Assembly: GCA_973895155.1 (NCBI GenBank)
Contig: OZ316894.1
Coordinates: forward strand, 23,248,709-23,312,708
Direction: 5' to 3'
DNA from: Marsupella aquatica
Lineage: Eukaryota > Plantae > Marchantiophyta
DNA length: 64,000 nucleotides
Shown: one piece after another, positions 28,510 through 40,872 of the stretch
How positions within the stretch are numbered: the stretch's first letter is position 1
Layout: every line of letters starts with the position of its first letter
Position numbers and translations under genes: made by a program
Notes under the pieces: generated by a model
Database searches by the model: none
What the model was told of the DNA's origin: nothing
What the model saw: only the letters and a program-made list of their open reading frames with translations

Positions 28510-31409
28510 ATTACTTTAGTCAGGCAATCTGAGCCAGTTGATTCAATCCTCCTGTGCTAGATGGACCACAGGATGTAATGCTTCGAACAGATTTGGCAGA
28601 GACAGCCTGTGTGCAGTATGTGCATCAACTCAAGCTCTAGGCACGGGAGCAATTTCGCCTAAAGTCGCCGCGTAGAATAAGTTCGACTAAGATTTTCAAA
28701 CAGCAAGCATCACGTGTCCACTTACTTGCATATCTCCCATTTGCAAAGGTGCAAAGAGCTTCATCCTGCATCCTGCATCCTTGTACTGCCCACAGTGGGC
28801 AAGTTTTCTTTGCTCGCAATGCCAGTGTGAATTCCTGACTTTGTTCAGGTTCCGGATTGCGTTCTCATGAGTCTTTAAATACTACGTCCTGTGTCTTTAA
28901 CACTTAAGCCCGAGAATGATCAACTTTGTTCACACTGCATACTCTCACTGTGCCGAAAGTTTTTAAAGCTGCAAGCAAGATTCAACTACTCTTTGCAAAT
29001 GTAGTTTACACGTAGGAACAACCATGTTCCTCCGCCTCACATAGCTTAATCACAATCTTGATCGACACGACATTACAGGACCCTCAACACTGTGATGAAT
29101 AGGCAGAACGTACGCTTCTCACACTCTCCAGAGAAGGATCACTCGTTAGACCTCACGTTACATCACCATGGAGGGCAAGCTGCCATTTGAGTCGTAGAGA
29201 AAGACACCACGCAACTCACCTCTGGTCTATGGTCGCAAAGATTGAATTTATCAAGAGGGAATGTCATTCAGAGGCAATCCCTTCAGGCCGATACCGGACA
29301 GCCGGAATTCAGTGCAGGCAGCACGGATTACCAGAGCGGGATAACTCAGGTAAGCATTCACGACATCCTCGTCAATGACGATTGTGAACTGATTTCTTAC
29401 TTCGAGCTCGATCACTACGTCGATGAGCCTCGAAACTAAGCTACAAAATCGACTACGGTAGCCTTGACATCGAAACTACTACAACCGAATCGATGTCCGG
29501 ATGTCTTTCAGAAGCAGAGCGGTGACAAACTGATGGCAGAAGTGGCGCGGGTAAAGTTTTTGGCTAAATGAAAACTTTGGGCAGCTGAAATCCTTGGGGA
29601 TCGAGCAGCTCTGTGCAAAGAGGACCTAGTGTGAAGTTTTACATGCAATCCAAACCGGCAATGTAGGTGATTGAGCTTCAGCCTCAAATCTTAGTGTGCA
29701 CGCTAGTTCGGCTCACTCCGGAAACCAGCAGTGACTGTTTCTGGGCCGTTTCATTCCTAGAATTCTAGCTTCAAATGCTGAACAGAGTTTGGTCGTCCCA
29801 GTTCCCAGCTCTGGAATTGATTGACAGTCCAAGAAATTATTGTATTCCAGTTATATCTTCTACGCGTCGATCGACCAAAGAAACCTCAGAAGTCACTCAG
29901 ACGCCCCTCTCTCAGGCACTAGACTCGATCCCCCTTTTTTCTCCTAAATTTGAGCACCTGAGTTGTTTGGCTAACCAGAGGAACATGTCATTTCAAATCG
30001 TCGAAGCGAGCAGGTGATCGACTATAAACCTCGGTAGACAAGGCAGCGAATGTTATGTTTGGCTCTGAGGGGTGTTGAGCCAACTACTCACCGTGACGAG
30101 TAGAATGAAGATAACATTGTGGAACAAGCAGATAACGAATGACACTTGTAGCATGTTTCCCTCGAGAATTAATGTGACAATTGATACATTGTTTGACACG
30201 AACGCGCAACAATTTGGCTCTTCCTAGCTTCAAACAGTATTGGAGCTATGCGCGGGAGATTGAGGAACAGTCATTACGTAGATGGCGTTAGACTAGAAGC
30301 CGAACAATATGAAATCGTGGAAAGAAATCTATACACAGTTGCTACGGCCAAACAAACCCATTTCTGGTCAATTTGAGACTGGGTGATCGGAAAGACACCC
30401 CGACCCGAGGGTCTTAATTTCATGCCCCGCGAGCACATGAGCAAAGTACCGAACTACTACTAAATTTCTACTCGACGTGACTGCAAATAGTTCAATCAAT
30501 GAAAACTACAGGCATGCGATTCACATGGATTGATCTAAACCAAAAAGTTCCGATAAAGTGCCGGACTGACGAATAAATGCGAATCAATCGAGTTTCGAAC
30601 TGTGGGATGAGATTCGTCCTTCGAACAACTATTGTCGATAGGTGAAACTTGTGAAATCAGTGACTGTCAAAAAGTATTTGTTTAATGTTCAGTGATACTG
30701 TAGTGAGATCCATCTTCATTGTTAGTTGACCGAGACTTAGCTCAGCTCTCAACAGAAAGGTCACGAGGGTTCGCCAAGCCCAGTCACGCGCTAAACAGGT
30801 TACCGCACCTACCCAGCTGCTTTGAACGCGAGAGTATTGACAGGAACATCACTTGATGTTCTCTCCAGGAAGCGAGACAATAGCTACTCTGCCCGTTGAG
30901 ATATGAGTTACCCACACGTGGATTGATCGTCATCCAGCTGAGCTCAGGAGTACCAGGACCAAAACAAGTGGGGTCATACTCAGAAATTGAGCAGGGCTCA
31001 GTTAGAGAACGTATCGTAGATTCAACTTCGTAAATCGCAGCTTTGAGGGACCAGACGTGGATTCTAGCAGTTCGAGACGAGTATGGAGTATCAACGTGTG
31101 GATGCCTTGACATGGCTGAGCTTTGGAGGATGTACGCGCATAATCATTATCAAATTCTGTTCCGCTTCAGTGCAAAGCCATGTAGCAACTGTGGAGTTGC
31201 AAAAAGTAAATAGTCGAACACAGTTGAATGCAGGCGATTTTCACCTTTGGAGCCCAACGTAGATCAGTTTTATAAACAGTCACACAGTGAACATTTTCAG
31301 AGCTGCTCTGTGGTTGAACAGGACAATTTCCAGACTTTGAGCTTTGGAGACACATGACGGTTCGTAAACACAGGCAATGTGAGTGATTGCGCACTTCCAA
31401 ACCTGAGAA

Positions 31410-32090
31410 GTGGATTTGCCGGTGTAGATTCACGAGCACAGGCACCCTGACTGTTTCAGAAATGGGCTACCGTACCAACGAATGTGAACCCAGGGTTCAG
31501 ATTGGGCGTAACTATGCAGAACTCACCGAAGAAGTCGCAGGATGTACTCTGAGAGGCAATGTCAGTGACTAAGCATTTTCAAAACAGAGTGGATTCATTT
31601 GCCAATGTAGATTCATGAGCAAAGGCACCGTGACTGTTCCAGAAACGGGCTACGGTACCAACGAATATGAGCCCAGAGCTCAGATTGAGCATACCTGTGC
31701 AGACCTCACCGAGGGAGTCACAGGATGTACAGAAAGAAGCAGTGCGAGAGACAAGGCATTTTCAAAGCTGGGTGGATTGATTTGCCGATGTCGATTCATG
31801 TGCACAGGCACCGTGACTGCTTTCAGGAATGGGCTACGGTACCAACGAAGGTGAACACAGTGTTCAGATTGGACACAATTATGCAGGGAATCACAGGATG
31901 TACAGAGAGAAGCAATGCAAGTGACAAGGCATTTTCAAAGCTGAGTTGATTGATCTGCCAATGTAGATTCATGAGCACAGGCACCGTGACTGTTTGCAGA
32001 AATGGGCTACGGTACCAACGAATGTGAACCCAGAGCTCAGATTGAGCACAATGCTTTCAGACCTCACTGAGGGAGTCACAGGATGTACTG
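31410..32090. repeat. 183-bp tandem array, about 4 units
   Basis: t.gattca.g.gca.aggcacc at 31425, 31608, 31791 and 31964 (periods 183, 183, 173). Confidence 0.92.
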
Positions 32091-35000
32091 TAACGAAGTC
32101 CATGGAAAAGGTTGATTTCCAGAGACTGCATTTGGTGCAAGTGAATTTGGTTCTTGTTTGAATAATCCTCTCGATCTTTTTCGAGACCAACTCATCTCTT
32201 CGAAGATTGGGACTCCCCACCTCTCGCCCATGTGCAGGCCCATGGGTGGGCAAGCGCCCCATGCCACTCAGGATAGCTGCCTGCCTATCAACACAGACAG
32301 GATCAGTCAGGATGCACAGGCAGGCAAGCAGGCAGGCATGTGGGGACACCACCAGACTGCCATTTCCAGTTGTGTAGACTTTTGCTCATCATCCATAATG
32401 AGATTTATTCCACTCCCACTTTTTTGGCAAATTATATACTTTGTCATGTTTTTTAGTTTAAATATTACAGTACCTCTTTTGCATATATGGTGTGTTGAAA
32501 AAAGTACTTTTTAGTTTAAGTATTACAGTGCCTCGTTTTCATATGGTGTGTTGAAAAAAGTAACCCTGGCTGGTTAGCTTGGTGTGATCCAACTGCCAAC
32601 ATCCTCAGGGGTTTCATCATGGGACAATTGTCCCCGACTTCAAATTAACCAGTGCACCCGCAACCAAGTGGGAGAGGGTGTGGGTTAGCTAATCACAATG
32701 GGGTGGGAACAAAGAAAGAGATTCACACCCAATTTTGAGGGTCAAAAAGGGCGTTGCGGTTAGGGTAGAGGACATTGATGACCATTTGATGGTGACTATC
32801 GGATTGTTTCAAGTTAACAATAGTTATTTTGCTTACCAACAGGGGGAACGATGGCAATGGCAAAAACAAATGTAGGGACAAAGAAAAGTGGCAATGTAAT
32901 AAATCCCAGCATCAAATGACCTGCTTCAAAGTAGACCAGAAGCTCCAAATTGTCTTGAGGCAAGTTTAACATGTTGTGTGACACAAACTCTTGTTACTAT
33001 GTAGGAAAATTGGGGAAATTCTGCAAGCCAGTTGCACAGCTTGCTCATGGACAGTTTCCCCTTGCGGAAAAAGAAAAGTTGAACAGAAGCTCCAATTTTT
33101 ACTTCTTCTTCTTGTTTTTTGGGAAGAAAAGGGAAACACAGCCCAGGTCTTTTTGCCTCCTGCCAGGCAAAATCACGTGGTGGGGGAAAAACCTTCGATT
33201 TACCCCTATAATATGCAATCCCTGCAGATCTCTTCCATTGACTCTCTCCTTGCAGGCTTGAAAGGAAGGAACGAATTCTGCAATGAGGTGCCCAAGGAGG
33301 GGTCCATTGTCTTGGGGAAGGGGGCTATTTACAATAAGGATACAATCATGTTCAGTGCGCAGGCAATATAATAATAAGTCCATAGTCAAGACATAAAAGT
33401 AAGATGTACATGTGCTTCACGTGTTGCTGCAGAGCATGTATGGGGAGGAGGGGCTTTCCCACTATATCTCCTGTCTTTTATAAGTGTTGGAGGCAAGGTT
33501 TTTTTCTTAGTTTTCCTTTCGGGGTTGGGGGCAAATGGGGGGGGTGAATTCATGGGCCCAAGGTGAATTCTTGTGCACCCCCTCCCACCTGGGCTGTTTT
33601 TTTTAGGTGAGGTGGGACATGTTTTTTTCCTAGTTGCAGGAGGAGACGAATTGATGTGGGATGATTTGACCTCCCATAGTAGTTATTTTGGCCCACATTG
33701 AAGGAGGGAGAGGGGGAGGAGGAGGAAAAATGTAAGACAGGGGGGCTGGGAAGGGACAAAAATAAAAGGGGCAGGGAGTAACTCCACCATGGCTGCAACA
33801 CCTATGCCATGCATGGGCGTTGGGCTAGTTTCTTCATATGTATAGCACAACAACCACAAACTGAGGAATATGGACCTGACGGCGATGCCACTCTGGTCCC
33901 CCTATCAGAAACAAGGTCCCGCCAGCCCAAAGTACTCCAACTTTTATACCTAGTGTAAACTCCAACAAGCCATGCAAAGAAAGGGCCAGGGACCAAAAAG
34001 TACCAAACAAAGTACAGTGGAGTAAAAGCACAAGAAGTCTAGCAAATACAAACATGAAACTAAAAAATAAGAGGGCAAATGCTTAAACCTATAAAGAAGA
34101 AAAACTAAGAGCATCCCCACCAGTCGCTCTAAATGAGCATGCAGCTGGTGGCAAGTTTGGCATGTATGGCGTTTCATTGGGCTTTTGGCATCCTTAGTAG
34201 GCCTGGAAATTTTTTAAATAACCGCGCAACTGGTAGCCTTGCCCACCCAAACTTGCCAAAAGCACACAGTCAGCATTGCCAATAGACTAAATGTATAAGC
34301 CAACTGACTCCATTTTTTGTCTTGATTTGCCACAAGGCCAAGTGGTAATTTGAAACACTAGTTTGTTTGCCCTTTCTTTGAACATAAATACAGGTGACTA
34401 CATTCAAGCCTGTTGCCAGCTCACCCAATCCTCATTCATATTGGTGACTCCTCAAAGCGTTGAACCATTTTCAGAGACTCGCCCTGTCCCCAATCCCCGG
34501 ATCTTTGACCCACACCCCAACTTCAGCTATGGCTCCAGAGTCATGGTCTAGAGGCTTCACTCTAGTGAGCAGGTTCACATTGCAATCATATAATTAGACA
34601 CCACTTGGCCAAGTGTCTCCAAAGCTAAGCTCTAGTTTCATGGACCTGTGGCATTAGTGATTAAAGGAAGTTTTTCACAAACACTAGGGTGCAATGTACA
34701 CCAAATTTACCTTGAATTTGCACCTAGTCACCCCCTGGGAATGAAATAGATGAGAATGCATGACCCTCCCACCAAACTTGGCTTGAATTCACATTTAGCC
34801 ATGCCACAAAGAAAATGTGAGTCTTATGACCACCATTCCCTAGCTAGTGAGGGCTCTTTCTTGGTCTATCTATCCACAGGGACAATTAGCAGGTGACCAG
34901 GGAAACAAAGGCTGACATGGTTATTGTCATAATTCTTTTCAAAAAATTGTCACTATAACTCGAAATAAATGAATGTAATAAAAAATATCAAAATTAACAA

Positions 35001-35316
35001 ACTAGGGTCCCATTTTCATCTAGCTTTGGCCAAGACTAGCTTTGGCCAAGACTAATATCTGATGGACAATCAAGCTCATGCAAAACAGAGTAATTATTAG
35101 AATTTCAGTTTCACTGACAAACATTTAGGTAGCTTTTACTAAATAGAAATCATGAAGGCATATTTTCAAGAATATTCAATGCATCTCATGTAAACATTGA
35201 CTTATCAGTAGACTTCGTTTGGAGTTAAAAACAGTCAAATCCAGGACAAGATTTGTTAGCTTGCGCTATCGCTTAGAAAAAAATTAATATAATAATGTAT
35301 TCCGTTGGACCTGCTC

Positions 35317-35804
35317 TAGCCTGTAGTCCCTAAGGCACTGTACCCTGAGTGTAAAGATGTAAACTGGCGAACAGTAAACGTGTCAAATGCTCAACTTACT
35401 GTAAGTCGCGCGTTGTCTCACTCATTCATGTACACTTTGACAGTCATAGGAAAGATATATATATATATCCGGTAGATATATAATGTTCCCGCTAGCCTGT
35501 AGTCCCTAAGGCTCGGTACCCTTAGTGTAAGGATGTAAAATGGTGAACAGAAAGCGTGTCAAATGCTCAACTTACTGTAAGTGGCGCATTGTCTCACTCA
35601 TTCCATGTACACTTTGACAATCATAGGAAAATATATATATATATATATATATATATAATGTTCCCGCTAGCCTGTAGTCCCTAATGCACGGTAACCTGAG
35701 TGTAAGGATGTAAAATGGTGAACAGAAAGCGTGTCAAATGTTCAACTTACTGTAAGTCGCGCATTGTCTCACTCATTCCTGTACACTTTGACAGTCATAG
35801 GAAA
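35317..35804. repeat. ~176-bp tandem array x3 with (TA)n spacers
   Basis: tagcctgtagtccctaa at 35317, 35493 and 35668. Each unit ends in cataggaaa, and the first two are followed by a TA microsatellite. Confidence 0.92.
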
Positions 35805-36294
35805 GTCCGACATCGCTTTACCGTAGAGGGAATCCTTCGTACTCCGCAGTCCGTATGCTAGTCACGACGGGAACAACCGGATGACGGGTCGTTGGGTTGA
35901 CCGGGAACCTCGGCTCCTGCCCGTCGATGTGTACCGGTCCGTGCCGGTAAAGCCCAGGTGTAAAATGCGGCAGCTCCAAAAGCTACCTTTTCATAGTTAC
36001 CGCACGGAAAAGTGAAATGAATGTGGTAAAAACTGTGGATCTATGATGTCTGACACATTGACCTTCTGTGTCAGAACGATTCTGCTTTTTCTTTCGTGCT
36101 TTTGCACATTTGGAGAATCGACACTCTTTTGTCAGGGTTTACTTTAATCTGTACAAAGAAAAGTCAAGTACGTATGGGAACGAAATTCATAGTATGTATG
36201 TTTGATCGCATGTACGTCTAAAATACTCATCATGGTTCATTATACGATGTTGAAACAGGTACTGCTATCTGGCCAGGCCGCCAGGTTATTAATG

Positions 36295-36446
36295 GAGGTA
36301 TTTGCTTGAGCCCCAAACAAAAGTTTTCCTCACAAACCAGCCTCATGAGTTTTTGAATATATTGATTTAGGGTCATCAAGGTCTTGATGAGTGAGGGTTC
36401 CATCAAGTAACATTTTTCATCTTGGGGCCCATAAAGTATATATCTC
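36295..36446. mobile_element. MITE family A, degenerate copy
   Basis: Starts GAGGTATTTGCTTGA and contains ccatcaagtaacatttttcat, shared with the 42115 copy. Confidence 0.6.
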
Positions 36447-36562
36447 CATTCAATAAAGTTGTCATTTTGTAATTGTTGTTGCCATTTTGGTCTCTTTGGC
36501 CTTCACGAGCTTTTTCCTTTGATTTTCCACCCTTATTAGGCCTGTAAGTGGGATCCCGTATT

Positions 36563-36590
36563 CCCTAAACCCTAACCCCTAACCCCTACA
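36563..36590. repeat. Telomere-like heptamer run
   Basis: CCCTAAA CCCTAAC CCCTAAC CCCTACA. Confidence 0.55.
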
Positions 36591-39500
36591 CAGCCCGTCC
36601 CAGTCCGAGATGCCAATGAAACTCTTAAATTCAAGTTTTTTTATCAATTTGGAACGACTTAGTCTTTAGTTCACCCTTCACATTGCAAGTGGTACCATGG
36701 TTGAAGCTACTGCTGACGGAGCAGGAGCTGCAAAAAGGGAAGGGTATCATAACACAAACCCAAAGTCAATACTGTAACACAAACCAAAATTGATCGGGCC
36801 AGAACGGCAGCACATATCGGGGACTGGGACAAGTGCAGTCTATTGGGTCCCAAGCAATTGGGGATAAATAATTTGACATAGATGTAATGCATGGTCTCCC
36901 ATATTTTCATTTTTTGGGTTTTTTGGCACTGTGATATGTATATATATAGTATCTCAGTGTGAATAAAGTATACAGTTGGAGACAAACAATGCTTTAGATT
37001 TCATATATCATCAGTGTGTGCCTGCGGCACACTTGGACCTCGCATGCATGCAGGTTCATAGAGATTGAAAGTTGTTTTCAATCAACAATAACATACTGTT
37101 TGTTCTTCGGGTCCACACCAAAATAGGCGGTTAAATGTGTTATATGGAGCGCTTCTAATCATACAAAAACTGTATGAAAAGAATATGAAAGTGGGGGATT
37201 TCTCAGCTTGCAAGCAAGTTGAGCAGCTTGCTCTGGGGCTGTTAACAGTTTTTTGGAAAGAACATAATTACATTCTAGGAGGTGAGGTATATTAATGACA
37301 GTCTTTCAATCCACTTGGTAAACTACACTCTTCACCGCATAATCCTGGTGGAAAACAAAATTGGGATCTATTCATGAATTAGTCTTATATAATGGGGGTT
37401 TATTTTCTGGACAGAGCTGCATTCAGTTGCACAACTTCACTGTAAAAAATGATTGCTAGCCCTTCACATCCCTAATTGAGTAACTGCAAAGCCTTCCAGG
37501 AAGTTGATGCGTTGATGCTGCTGAGGAACAGTCCATGTTCAGAGCTGTTGCAAAATTATGCAGTTGCTGTATGATGAATCCACCTTTCAAATTTTGTCTT
37601 CTTCAAATTCGTGTTCAGTATTTTGATTTCAATGTGCCTTAACTAGGTGAATCATTTGTATTAATTTGATTTTGAATTCACTTTTGGACCCATTTTAATT
37701 TTAGTGAACTTAGAATATTTTGAATGTATTTGGCTCCCCTCATAAATGTTTAATCTTTACTTTTCAATTACTCCTTAGTGAATGATCTTTTTTCTCATGA
37801 GAGTGAGAGAAATGAGTTTGAACAATGTGCACATCTGATTTACTAAGTTCCCCTCGTGGTTTACTTTACAAAATTTATGGTTTTGCTTGAGTCGATTATC
37901 ATTACCTAAAATCTATATTGTATATCCATAACTCTTAGTATCTTTGTACTTTCTTGGTTATAATGTGTTTTTCTTTGCATATGTACTATGTCACTCTTAA
38001 TTAACAGATACAAATTTCTTGGCATATATATTACATGTATCTACTTCTATTAGCATAAAATAAATCACATCAATTTCATATCACTACAAGACAAAAAAAT
38101 AGGCATGTTCAGAGCTGCTGCTTACACTGCAGTAATCCCCTAATCAATCCCATAGTTGCTGCATCTGCATTTTTTACACACAGTTTAAACCAAACTGAAA
38201 AAAAACTTGATTTTCCAATACTAATGAATTCATGTTTCTTTTTGCCTCGAGATTGCCTTTTGCCAAAATTGGGAACTAGAAGGCTCATGGACCACAAGGT
38301 TTGTCTTTAAAACCCCCCATGGACCACATTACCCAAAATTTGATTGCAATTCTAATAACTTGACATTCATAAATTCAAATGTTTAGGGATATGCTAGAGG
38401 AAGGTAAGCTACACTTCCATCAAAGGGAAAGTGAATTTTGGCCATATTGGTGGAGTTTCTCATCAAAAAATATGGAGGGGTAAATTTGATCATATTAACA
38501 TGAAATATTTTGGGCTTGTGTTTTTCAGACGTACTCCTTCTATATTAGGACTCAATATTTCATGGACCCCTAAATGTGATGTACGGGAGCAATGTCTCAA
38601 CATGGTGGCTCATCCAGGCTTCAGTGTACCAAAATTGGTATTACACATTCTCACATAACACTAATATTGGGCATATAAAAACATATACAGGCAATGTACG
38701 TCAGGAAAAAAAATTACAACTTATGCTTGTCAGCTTAGACTCCAAGAGTCTATTGGGGTATCGAAAGACTGAACAGTTCAAGAGACGCCAACAATTTTCC
38801 AGGTTTTGTTTTTCCTTCGTGCTGTACCATACTCTCCCTTTTCTATATTTTCTCACCCTTAATTAAGATCCCGCCCGCAATTTTCGCCCCTTTGGTCGTC
38901 GTCACTTTCACGGTAACGCGCTTCGATGATGTGTACGGTACGCATCTCCACATAGACGTTTTCTGCATGCATGCATGAAGCATCCCATCCCATCCATCCC
39001 GTACCTCTACATCCATACGGTACAGACATGCATCCGTGATCGTAGAGACGGAGCCGTATCGTACTATCATAGTAAGGAAATAACAAGTTGATGCTTGCGT
39101 AGTAGTGGACAGAAGCAGAGGTCATTGTGTTTGCAATGCCATACGATAGGGATTCTCGAGCAACTTGGAGTTTTCTGTTTCTGGTGTAGAGGGGGTTAAT
39201 AACACTCGTTTGTCGCCGTCGTGGATTACATCTGGGAGAACTGGAGGTTAGTTAGGAACGCGCTTTTGCTATAAATTGCTCGAGAAAAACCAACCTTATC
39301 TGGCATAATAATGGGTGTCACCCTTTTTCTCGGTCCCGCCGATGGTCTTCGTTTTGTTGGGGGTTGGTTTTATTTGGATTTCCCCCGTTTCGAAATTTGT
39401 TGACGGACTGGTGATGCCTGATGGGGTTTGTGACTTTGTGGTCCCACACACATGGACTCTCATGGCTAGCTCTTTGGAGAGGTGATTTTTTTAGTGTGGG

Positions 39501-39591
39501 GCCAAATGGAGTTGGAAAAAGTCAGACATGAAGATCAGAGGTATGTCGGAAAAGGGTGTCTCTAGCACATCCAATCTACATTGTCAATTCG

Positions 39592-40060
39592 TTTTTAAGT
39601 ATCCTAGCCCCAAAGTGGTCAATTTTACTAATCTGCCCCAAAACAATAATTTTACTATCAGGCTGCTCCCATTTAGTGTATGGGTTGGCTCAACTGGACT
39701 CAACTAACGCAAGTTAGCAGGCAATTGGTTCACGGATACATGGGGGCTTGCAATTCCCCAAGATAGCCCCCTCCAATCCAATCTTCACCCTAGATCAGGT
39801 TCCTCAATCCACTACTTAATGGATGCGGCTGTCAACAAAAGTTTTCCAGGGGAAAGCACATTTTGATCAAAGTGAATGAAGTGAACCTTGTACAAATTAT
39901 GAGCTTCCACGTGTCCATAGACCAAATTGTGTAATCTTGGGTTACTCTATCATTAATTAAGTCAACCCATACATAAAATGGAGGGCAACTTGATAATTAA
40001 CTTAACTTTGGGGAGAAGTTAGTAATTTTGACAAGTTTGGGGATACTAAAGTAAAAAAGG
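39592..40060. mobile_element. MITE family B with ~90-bp terminal inverted repeats (Mutator-like by TIR length)
   Basis: Left ccccaaagtggtcaattttactaatctgccccaaaa...ccatttagtgtatgggttg is an imperfect reverse complement of right caacccatacataaaatgg...tttggggagaagttagtaattttgacaagtttgggg. Confidence 0.7.
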
Positions 40061-40473
40061 TATCCCCAATTTTTCCAAGATTCCAGACTACCTGTTTCGA
40101 TAGCTACCACGATCTCAAGCTAATAAGGCAGGTGCAAATTTGGTTTCCATTTGTAACGAAAGGTTTGGGGAAATACTTATTTTTCCCAAAATTCCCACTC
40201 TTGCAAAATCTTACCCAACTGTTCCAAAATCTTGGGTAAAGGATTTTTGCTTGAAGGGGAAACTGCTGGTAGCTTGCTAGCACGGAAAAACCTAGTTTAC
40301 ATATTTGCATTTTTGTAAAATTCCCTACAACTTACACAGCTTCTGTGAAGCATAACACGTTTGATCCACCACTAGCGCTTTGGCATAATCTATATTTTAT
40401 CCATGAGTAGATTCTGGAGATTGAACTTCAGTTTTCTGGTCACCATTCACCCCCTGGCCACTTGAGCCATCCA

Positions 40474-40872
40474 CTAGGCCCCACTCAAGTGGTTTGGGAT
40501 TTGGCTCAAATTCTGCAATAAAAAAACAGTCATGGAGTGCGTCAATTTTCTTTTATATTCCTCTCTAATCAGTCCACTGAAAAGTAAGGATTTAAAATAG
40601 GTTTCCGAACGGTTAAAAGTGTTTTCAAGATCCAAAAGAATAAAAACAGTAGGCAGAGGAATCGTCCGAGCTTGGAAGCTTACCCATGAGGGGACCATCG
40701 TCACCATATCCCCTGCAATAATTGCTGCTCCCAGTAATAACCCAACCCACCTCATTGCCGTGTTTCTGGAGTTTGACTCCTTCCAAGTCTCGACCATTAT
40801 CACATGGCTCGAGCTCCAAACCATACCTTTAACACCAAAACTGAACAAACAGTTGTAAAGCACCGCAGTCAT
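40474..40872 (-). mobile_element. Decayed LINE reverse-transcriptase fragment
   Basis: SFQARTI...FILLDLENTFNR resembles the L1 RT motifs GFxxGRxI...LDxxKAFDR. Confidence 0.45.

Noticed and set aside
30518-30536. 14-nt match (tcacatggattgat) to the copia 5' LTR region, a possible 3' LTR
   Set aside because: Similarity does not extend on either side and no polypurine tract is evident.
30784-31113. 109-aa minus-strand ORF
   Set aside because: No recognisable motif or splice partners; cannot be supported as a gene.
32971-34177. Several 60-126 aa ORFs on both strands
   Set aside because: CpG-depleted, low-complexity sequence typical of old TE debris, with no diagnostic motif.
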